Source: Patescibacteria group bacterium
GTDB lineage: Bacteria > Patescibacteriota > Minisyncoccia > Phycocordibacterales > PALSA-1337
Direction of reading: 5' to 3'
NCBI GenBank assembly: GCA_018971685.1
Contig: JAGXAG010000001.1
Coordinates: 19,162 to 83,161 of the forward strand
DNA length: 64,000 nucleotides
Below are positions 57,631 through 64,000 of this stretch, in pieces; position 1 is the stretch's first letter, and each line of letters starts with the position of its first letter. The notes under the pieces were generated by a model. That model had not been told where the DNA came from, searched no databases, and saw only the letters and a list, made by a program, of their open reading frames with translations. The translations under genes were made by a program, and so were the position numbers.

Positions 57631-58080
57631 ATGAACATAAATGATATTTTTAAAATACAGAATAGTAATGAAAAAATCATTGCGTTACATGAGTTTTGTA
57701 TGGGTTTAAGTCCATCTGATTTAAAAGGTGCGGAAATGGTTGTTTATTCTATTGAGAATATGGAAAATGAGGTTATGAATGGCGGATTTCGGCAGTATTT
57801 TCTAAATTCATCCGGAGATACTTGGAAAGATTGTCTAGAATCACTGAAAAAAGTTAACGCAACTAAATCTTTAGACTTGTTCCTAAAATCACTGAGTATT
57901 TTTAAAGATCACAACCCGCCTATAGATTGGTCAGCGCGAAAAATAGTAGTTGATCAATTATCAAAAGCACAAATTGACTTATTAGATGAATTGGACAAAG
58001 AGTTTTATAAGTATGAAGATAAATTGCAAGATTTAGTTCTTGCATACGCAGAAGAACACAAAGAAGATTTTAGCCGTTAA
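57631..58080 (+). CDS. DUF4375 (DMP19-like) domain protein; compositionally AT-rich (about 32% GC)
   Basis: MNGGFRQYFLNSSG matches the conserved NGG...QYF motif of DUF4375. Confidence 0.4.
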   Translation: MNINDIFKIQNSNEKIIALHEFCMGLSPSDLKGAEMVVYSIENMENEVMNGGFRQYFLNSSGDTWKDCLESLKKVNATKSLDLFLKSLSIFKDHNPPIDWSARKIVVDQLSKAQIDLLDELDKEFYKYEDKLQDLVLAYAEEHKEDFSR

Positions 58081-58102
58081 TATTGTTCAATAGAGACAAG
58101 CA

Positions 58103-58140
58103 AAAACCGCTCCGATGTACATCGGAGCGGTTTTGTATTT
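58103..58140. terminator. bidirectional Rho-independent terminator (AAAACCGCTCCGATG ta CATCGGAGCGGTTTT)
   Basis: 13-bp perfect stem with an A-run 5' and a T-run 3'. Sits between the convergent DUF4375 and hup genes. Confidence 0.7.
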
Positions 58141-58187
58141 CGGAAAGGAAATAGAGCGCTCTAATTCCGATCCGTAAAGAAGTGGTG

Positions 58188-58460
58188 TTATTTCACCGCA
58201 TCCTTGAGCGCTTTTGCGGCGCGGAACTTGGGAACCTTCATGGCCGGAACCTTGATGGCTTCGCCGGTGCGCGGATTCCTGGCCTCGCGTGCGGCACGCT
58301 GCTTGACCGAGAAGATGCCGAGACCTGCAATCGAAACCTCTTCGCCTTTCTTGAGGGCGTCGACGATCGTATTAATCATAGTCTCGACCGCCTGTTCGGC
58401 TTGAACCTTGGTTCCGCCGAGAATGCCGTGCACTGCATCGGCAATTGCTGCTTTGTTCAT
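58188..58460 (-). CDS. hup: DNA-binding protein HU
   Basis: Start at MNKAAIADAV; the track ORF runs to 58550. GLGIFSVKQRAAREARNPRTGEAIKVPA arm motif. Confidence 0.85.
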   Translation of the reverse strand: MNKAAIADAVHGILGGTKVQAEQAVETMINTIVDALKKGEEVSIAGLGIFSVKQRAAREARNPRTGEAIKVPAMKVPKFRAAKALKDAVK

Positions 58461-58652
58461 TGTTTTTATTATTAATACTGATAATTTGGTCTCGGCCCGT
58501 CCGCCGCTTGGGTAAGAGCGAACGGAATCGAGTCTCGAACCTGTACCCACTATTATATATTAAGCCGTATTTTAGGCAATGCCTTGTCAACGGGGCTGTG
58601 AACTATGCAATGATATCCAGAATCTGTCACACACCGGTCCGATCGGTACAAA

Positions 58653-60182
58653 TCATCTGGCAAATTCGACGGCGCGGGTCTCGCGAATGACATTCACTTT
58701 GATTTCGCCGGGATATTTCAAGTCCTTTTCGATTTTCATGGCTATGTCTCGGGCCAGATTTTTGGCTTCAAGATCGCCAATTGTTTCCGGTTTGACGAAG
58801 ATACGGATTTCCCGTCCAGCTTGCAGAGCATATGATTTTTCTATACCAGGGAATGAATTGGCAAGGGCTTCGAGGTCTCCCAAACGCTTCAAGTAATTCT
58901 CGATGTTGTCGCGACGGGCTCCTGGACGGGCACCGGAAATAGCGTCAGCTGTCTGTACAATGCGCGATTCGATCGTCTCGTACGGATATTCCTCATGATG
59001 CGCCTGCATGGCTTTTATCACTTCTTCGGGTGCGCCGAACTTTTGTAATATTCTGCGGCCGATTTCCACATGGGTCCCGCTAACTTCATGATCAAGAGCT
59101 TTGCCGATATCGTGCAGAAGGGCGCCGGCTTTGGCAACTTGGACATTGGCGCCCAATTCCTCGGCAATCATGCCGGCGATATGGGCCATTTCTATGGAGT
59201 GTTGCAAGACATTGTGACCGTAACTGGTTCTGAAGTTTAAGCGGCCCAAGATCAAGAGGATACGCGGATCAAGGCCCAACACGCCGCATTCATAAGCGGC
59301 CTGTTCGCCTTTTTCTTTGATTGTCTTGTTGACATCCTGCTTGGCCTTTTCGACGACTTGTTCAATCCTGGCCGGCTGGATGCGGCCGTCTTTGATGAGT
59401 TCTTCGAGCGCAACCCTGGCGACATGGCGGCGTACGGGGTCAAAGGAAGAAATTGTTATGGCGCCGGGCGTATCGTCAACAAGCACTTCGGTGCCGCTGA
59501 TACGTTCGAACGCCTTGATATTACGGCCTTCCTTGCCGATGACTTTGCCTTTGATATCGTCGGATGGTATCGGCACCACGGTCGACATGATGTCGGAAGC
59601 GACCGAGGTAGCTAGGCGTTGGATGGAGATTGCCAATATGTCCTTGGCCCGGTTCTCCAACATTTCTTCGCCTTGGGATTCCAGTTTGCCCATGCGGGCC
59701 AATAAATCCTGTTCGGATTGTTCCTCGACCAATTTTACGAGTTCGTCTCTGGCCTCGCTTGCGCTCATCTTTGATATTTTCTCGAGCTCTTGCTTTCTAT
59801 GTTCCTCGAGCTTGTCGGCTTGTTCGCGGATGGTTTTTATCTCGGCGACGCGCTGTTTGACGGCCTCAACTTCACGGTCCAAATCACCTTGGCGCTTGTC
59901 GAGCAAGTCTTCCTTTTTGATAAGTCGTTCTTCGTTTTGGTGAACCTTGTCTTCTTTGACCTTGATCTCGCTTCGGGCGTCCTCCAGAACCTTCAATCCT
60001 TTGGCCTCGGCATCCATGGTTATCTTCTTGGCCTCTTCCTTGGCGGCCAGAAGCATCTCCTTTATCTCCAGCTCCATCGAACCTTTCTTGCCGAGTGAAA
60101 TGATGAGCCGCAGGTAATAACCGATAGCGACGCCTACGACTCCGGCTATGGAGAGGAATAACGCTACTAATTTGAGTGACAT
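58653..60182 (-). CDS. rny: ribonuclease Y
   Basis: N-terminal TM, coiled coil, KH domain (GKVIGKEGRNIK) and HD domain (LLHDIGKA). Confidence 0.9.
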   Translation of the reverse strand: MSLKLVALFLSIAGVVGVAIGYYLRLIISLGKKGSMELEIKEMLLAAKEEAKKITMDAEAKGLKVLEDARSEIKVKEDKVHQNEERLIKKEDLLDKRQGDLDREVEAVKQRVAEIKTIREQADKLEEHRKQELEKISKMSASEARDELVKLVEEQSEQDLLARMGKLESQGEEMLENRAKDILAISIQRLATSVASDIMSTVVPIPSDDIKGKVIGKEGRNIKAFERISGTEVLVDDTPGAITISSFDPVRRHVARVALEELIKDGRIQPARIEQVVEKAKQDVNKTIKEKGEQAAYECGVLGLDPRILLILGRLNFRTSYGHNVLQHSIEMAHIAGMIAEELGANVQVAKAGALLHDIGKALDHEVSGTHVEIGRRILQKFGAPEEVIKAMQAHHEEYPYETIESRIVQTADAISGARPGARRDNIENYLKRLGDLEALANSFPGIEKSYALQAGREIRIFVKPETIGDLEAKNLARDIAMKIEKDLKYPGEIKVNVIRETRAVEFAR

Positions 60183-60444
60183 GGCGGTTGCGATCCGCCC
60201 TCATCTTCCTTAGGGTAAAAGTCTTGTTTTATGAATCTCTTTTGCGGTTCCCGGCCGTTTTTCGGGCGTTTTTGCGTTCTTTTTTGGAATCATAATTTTC
60301 ATTTCTTTTTGGTCACTAAGTTCGAAAAGGGTGAATCAAAAAATTTAATTTGGTAACAAACCCATCTTACGATATTTGTCCTTGAATGTAAAGCGTCCGC
60401 CCGGAGACGCTTTTGACATATAAAATTCGGCAACTTCCTAACTC

Positions 60445-61005
60445 TCAATTCTTCGCAAACCCGAATTGACCCTTTGAAGGTACCGGTTCATTCAATAGAT
60501 GTTTGATTATTTGCAAGACCTGTGCCAATTGTTTGCCTTGTTTTTCTTGTTCGTTCTCAAGGATCTGCATCTTGGCGGCCAATTCCTTGTGAGTCGAGAG
60601 TATTTCGCGTAGCTTCATGAAGGCCCTCACTATAAATACGCTTACGGTTACCGCGCGTGGACTCTTGAGAACGGCGGATAACATGGCGACACCGTGTTCA
60701 GTGAAGACGAAAGGTAAATGCGGAGAGAATTTGAGTTTGTTTAGGTTATCACAAATTGTGATAACCTCCTGTTTTTCCTGTTTCGTAAGTCTGAACATGA
60801 AATCCGAAGGGAAACGACGCAGATTTCTTTTCACCGCTTGATTGAGTTGCATTGTAGATACGCCGTACAGGTTGGCGATATCAGCGTCTAGCATAACCTT
60901 AACTCCACGAACCAAGAGTATTCTCCGTTCGATTGTTTCTACAGGTATTGTTATGGAAATGTCTTTCTCAAATGATCTGGGTGACATAGGTAAATCATAC
61001 AACAA
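60445..61005 (-). CDS. ORF6N-domain protein (phage antirepressor-like DNA-binding regulator)
   Basis: VRGVKVMLDADIANLYGVSTMQLNQAVKRNLRRFPSDFMFRLT matches the ORF6N pattern. C-terminal coiled coil. Confidence 0.5.
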   Translation of the reverse strand: MLYDLPMSPRSFEKDISITIPVETIERRILLVRGVKVMLDADIANLYGVSTMQLNQAVKRNLRRFPSDFMFRLTKQEKQEVITICDNLNKLKFSPHLPFVFTEHGVAMLSAVLKSPRAVTVSVFIVRAFMKLREILSTHKELAAKMQILENEQEKQGKQLAQVLQIIKHLLNEPVPSKGQFGFAKN

Positions 61006-61078
61006 AAAATGGATTAAACCATATTGCAGAAGCCTTACTTGTGTGTTATGTTTTCGCTATAACATTTAAGAAAAAACC

Positions 61079-61678
61079 ATGTCCATACTCATACCAACAG
61101 TCATAGAAAAGAGCAGTTTCGGGGAGAGGGCCTATGATATATATTCGCGCTTGTTGAAAGAAAACATCGTGTTTCTAGGTGGACCGATAGATGACACCGT
61201 CGCCAATATCGTCATCGCGCAACTTTTATTCTTGCAGTCGGAAGACCCAAAAAAGGAAATAAATATGTACATCAATTCGCCGGGCGGTTCGGTCACTTCG
61301 ACCTTGGCCATAGTGGACACGATGCAACATATCAAAAATGACATATCCACAGTATGCGTCGGCATCGCCGCTTCGGGCGCCGCCCTCGTACTGTCTGCCG
61401 GCACCAAAGGCAAGAGAATGTCATTGCCCAATTCCGAAGTCATGATTCATCAACCGATCGGAGGGGCGGAAGGGCAAGCTACCGATATTGAAATAAGCGC
61501 CAAGCATATCTTGAAAACCCGGGCCACGCTGAATAAAATTCTTGCGAAAAATACCGGGCAATCGTTGTCAAAGATTGAGAAAGATGTCGAACGGGACTTC
61601 TTCATGGATGCGGAAGAAGCGAAAAAATACGGCATTATCGATCAAGTCGTAATGAGTCCGAAAATTTCGGCGAAATAA
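61079..61678 (+). CDS. clpP: ATP-dependent Clp protease proteolytic subunit
   Basis: [19 protein letters not shown] (Ser), MIHQP (His). 199 aa. Confidence 0.9.
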   Translation: MSILIPTVIEKSSFGERAYDIYSRLLKENIVFLGGPIDDTVANIVIAQLLFLQSEDPKKEINMYINSPGGSVTSTLAIVDTMQHIKNDISTVCVGIAASGAALVLSAGTKGKRMSLPNSEVMIHQPIGGAEGQATDIEISAKHILKTRATLNKILAKNTGQSLSKIEKDVERDFFMDAEEAKKYGIIDQVVMSPKISAK

Positions 61679-61710
61679 TATTACACAGGTCGGACCTGTG
61701 TAATATTATT
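61674..61710. terminator. 37-bp perfect palindrome (AATAATATTACACAGGTCGGACCTGTGTAATATTATT) containing the clpP and tig stop codons; bidirectional terminator
   Basis: A-variant of the CACCGGTCGGACCGGTG core. TAA of clpP and TAA of tig (minus strand) sit symmetrically in the arms. Confidence 0.65.
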
Positions 61711-62809
61711 CGGGTTTTTCCAAAAACTGAAAAACTTTTTCGTTAGTCAGCACTGTTTCGGCGTAAATATGCGCGCCTTCTTTGTCCGAGTCTTTGTAGT
61801 GTTCAAGAACATGTTTGACTTCGTGCTCGACCTCTTCTGTCGAAGGGAACAGTTTTTCTTTCTCGGCGATCTTATTGAGCACTAGTTGCAATTTCGCTTT
61901 TTTCTCAGCATGGGGACGCCACTCTTTCTTGATATCCTCAATTGTCTTCTTGGCATGTTTGAGATAATCTTCTATTTTTACTCCCATTCTCTCTATGTCC
62001 GCCCTGAATTGGGCTTCGGTGCGATGGAGTTCGCTTTCGATCATGATTTCCGGTAATTCAACAGGGATTTGAGCCAGAATGGCATCTGCGATTTTCATCC
62101 TTGTTTTATCCTTGGCTTCAGCCCTTTTTTGTTCGATAAGCATGGCCGTTATCTTTTCACGGAAATCTGCGACATTAGAAAATGGCCCTAACTGTTTCAC
62201 GAGCGAATCAGTCAGTTCGGGCGGATTGGTCTCAACCACCTCCCTTGCTTCTGCGGGCACCGTCTTTTCGTGATCAGGGCTGTGTCCCCCGGAACCGTCG
62301 GAGGGGGCCTTCGTGTGCGGTGTTGCCGATATGACATTCTTAATCGTATTCTCAATTTCTTCAGAAGTCAACTTCACATCGTCCGGATTTTGTTTCTTAA
62401 TCTGTTCTTGTGCCAATTTATTATAATCAGGCAGGGAAATCTCCGGGACGATTGCAGTTGTGATTTTGAACTCGAGAGGATTGCCGGTTGCAAGCTTTGT
62501 CACTTGAATTGCCGGTTTTCCTATGGCATCCAGTTTGTTGTCCATAATGATATCCAGATATGCGGGTCCGAGCGCCAACTCCGCCATCTCTTCCAGTACG
62601 GCCATCTCGCCGACTTTGGCGATGAGTATGTTTTCGGGTATCATGCCTTTCCTGAAACCGTCGATCGTCACTGACTCATTGATGTTCTTTATCGCCTTTG
62701 CGCGATGTTTTTCCCATATCTCGTTCGATATTGAGCCGGTAATCTCCGCGCGCGAATTTTCCAGCCGTTTCACGGAAGCGGCTCCATAGTTTTTTGCCTG
62801 ATTTGTCAT
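61706..62809 (-). CDS. tig: trigger factor (short form, apparently without a canonical PPIase domain)
   Basis: N-terminal ribosome-binding GFRKGMIP motif. C-terminal helical domain. Start at MTNQAKN; the track ORF runs to 62845. Confidence 0.7.
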   Translation of the reverse strand: MTNQAKNYGAASVKRLENSRAEITGSISNEIWEKHRAKAIKNINESVTIDGFRKGMIPENILIAKVGEMAVLEEMAELALGPAYLDIIMDNKLDAIGKPAIQVTKLATGNPLEFKITTAIVPEISLPDYNKLAQEQIKKQNPDDVKLTSEEIENTIKNVISATPHTKAPSDGSGGHSPDHEKTVPAEAREVVETNPPELTDSLVKQLGPFSNVADFREKITAMLIEQKRAEAKDKTRMKIADAILAQIPVELPEIMIESELHRTEAQFRADIERMGVKIEDYLKHAKKTIEDIKKEWRPHAEKKAKLQLVLNKIAEKEKLFPSTEEVEHEVKHVLEHYKDSDKEGAHIYAETVLTNEKVFQFLEKPE

Positions 62810-62928
62810 GATTTGCAGTCTACCGATTTTCTTCGGTATGTGCAAGGAAAATTAAAAGGTTAGTCCTCGCTTAAACGGGGACTAACCTCTTTGTGAAACG
62901 GGTGCGGGTAAGATCGGCGGAAATCTGA

Positions 62929-63273
62929 CTAAAAATTCTGTGAATCCAACCCCTGAGTCGCCTTGTTCAGATCGGCTTGCAGAGATTGCACATCGTCCGC
63001 TTTGTTTGTAATAGGTTGCACAGATTGTTGAGGTGTCGCCGAGATCCCGACGCCAGCCGTATTTGCGGTCGAAGGCGTTTGCTGCTGATTGTTCAGGCGT
63101 GAAGCGAACAGGTACAAAGCCGCTATGATGAGTACCAATACGATAACCAGAGTCGCGATTATCGGTCCGACTTTCTTGTGACTGTTGCCGTTGCCGTTCG
63201 GCACATACGGATGGCCCGCCGTTTCGTTATTCATGCCGTTTATATTCGCTGTCGTTTGCAAATTTTGGTCCAT
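62929..63273 (-). CDS. hypothetical small membrane protein (one TM helix)
   Basis: 114 aa. TM segment IIATLVIVLVLIIAALYLF. Confidence 0.4.
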   Translation of the reverse strand: MDQNLQTTANINGMNNETAGHPYVPNGNGNSHKKVGPIIATLVIVLVLIIAALYLFASRLNNQQQTPSTANTAGVGISATPQQSVQPITNKADDVQSLQADLNKATQGLDSQNF

Positions 63274-63312
63274 AGTTTTGTTGATTATTTTTGTTTAACT
63301 GATAATTGTTAT

Positions 63313-63990
63313 TTACTGCGTTGTCGTGGTTGAAGTAACAGTCGTCGAGGCGTTTGCTGTAGTAGAAGTTGCGGTTGAAGACGACGAATCATTCGACCCC
63401 GTCTCCATTGTGCTTGTCGCCTCAATGCCCAGTTTCAATCCCATTGCGTGCGCTATCGCCCGAACGACTTGTATCAGAGCGTCTCGAGCATCCTTGATAG
63501 TTTGTATTGCTTCGGAGCCGATCCGGCGCGGTTTGGAAAGATCAACCGTAGTCGACGCATTTGCAGTGGTAGAAGCCGTTACCGCTGTCGGCGTATAATT
63601 TTGGACCGAAAGGATGGCGGCTTTGGCTACTGTTATCTTGTTTTGCGCGACTGCCAATAACTGCTTGGCCTGCGTCATGTCTATGCCGTTTGCCGACGCC
63701 GTGTCGATGCGGTCTGAAATTCTGCCCGCAATCTGCTCCAAGTTCGAGACTGCCAGACTCAACTGGCTTACCAGTTCGTCCTGATGATTTTTGAACATGT
63801 CAAAATGTTCATTTTGTCTTACCTCCCTTTGTGTTTGTGTCGATGAAGCATCACGCAGTTCGTTTGCCGTCTCGGTGTGTATCTGGGCGTTCTCACGCAA
63901 TCCGTCTGCTTTGATATTGGCGCGTTCTTCGGTCGCCGAAGCTTGTGCCTCGACTGTTTGATCGGTTGTTGATGATCTCTGCTCTAGCAT
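63313..63990 (-). CDS. hypothetical coiled-coil, Ser/Thr-rich protein (may extend beyond the window end)
   Basis: 225-aa ORF reaching within 10 nt of the window edge. Low-complexity T/S-rich ends. Confidence 0.35.
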   Translation of the reverse strand: MLEQRSSTTDQTVEAQASATEERANIKADGLRENAQIHTETANELRDASSTQTQREVRQNEHFDMFKNHQDELVSQLSLAVSNLEQIAGRISDRIDTASANGIDMTQAKQLLAVAQNKITVAKAAILSVQNYTPTAVTASTTANASTTVDLSKPRRIGSEAIQTIKDARDALIQVVRAIAHAMGLKLGIEATSTMETGSNDSSSSTATSTTANASTTVTSTTTTQ

Positions 63991-64000
63991 CTGATTGCGC

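Noticed and set aside
1-64000. CRISPR arrays, rRNA genes, IS transposases
   Set aside because: No regularly spaced short direct repeats, no rRNA-like conserved blocks and no DDE transposase-like ORFs were seen. The only repeat families are palindromic or hairpin types.

Overview
This is a 64 kb bacterial chromosomal window, standard genetic code (TGA/TAA/TAG stops), about 45% GC overall with AT-rich patches. Gene content looks like a reduced-genome CPR/Patescibacteria-type organism: PBP1A, PilB, TspO, split VirB4, many secreted or membrane hypotheticals (inference). Coordinates of CDS starts and ends follow the supplied ORF track. Coordinates I counted by hand (tRNAs, repeats, boxes) may be off by 1-2 nt. 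Regions in order: (i) 1-1600, AT-rich membrane-protein genes. (ii) about 1590-7963, an integrated mobile element with a tyrosine integrase, a large serine recombinase, an excisionase-like HTH/Zn-ribbon gene and unknown cargo, abutting tRNA-Lys(TTT) on the minus strand. (iii) 8088-18497, housekeeping genes: holA-like, tsaE, polA carrying an in-frame 169-bp palindromic insert and no 3'-5' exonuclease domain, pilB/gspE, ruvB, ruvC, PBP1A. (iv) 18541-22899, the replication origin neighbourhood: DciA-like, dnaN, dnaA, DnaA-box clusters, rpmH (44 aa, absent from the ORF track), rnpA, yidC. (v) 22986-35490, a 12.5 kb minus-strand operon encoding a type IV secretion-like apparatus with no coupling protein or relaxase: PrgI/VirB3-like, split VirB4, VirB6/TrbL-like, a pilin-like protein and secreted or surface proteins. 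(vi) 35565-63990, core genes: ksgA, uvrD/pcrA, LysM-M23 peptidase, comM, dksA-like, pnp, TspO, ICMT-family methyltransferase, htpX, lemA, NYN, rpsO, xerC/D, xth, cca, yraN, CsaA-like tRNA-binding protein, DUF4375, HU, rny, ORF6N, clpP, tig, plus five more tRNAs (Arg, Gly-GCC, Pro, Gly-UCC). A GC-rich palindromic repeat family with core CACCGGTCGGACCGGTG has at least 7 copies at gene 3' ends. Several other long inverted repeats and a 600-bp convergent non-coding gap may be a structured RNA. No CRISPR array and no rRNA were seen.
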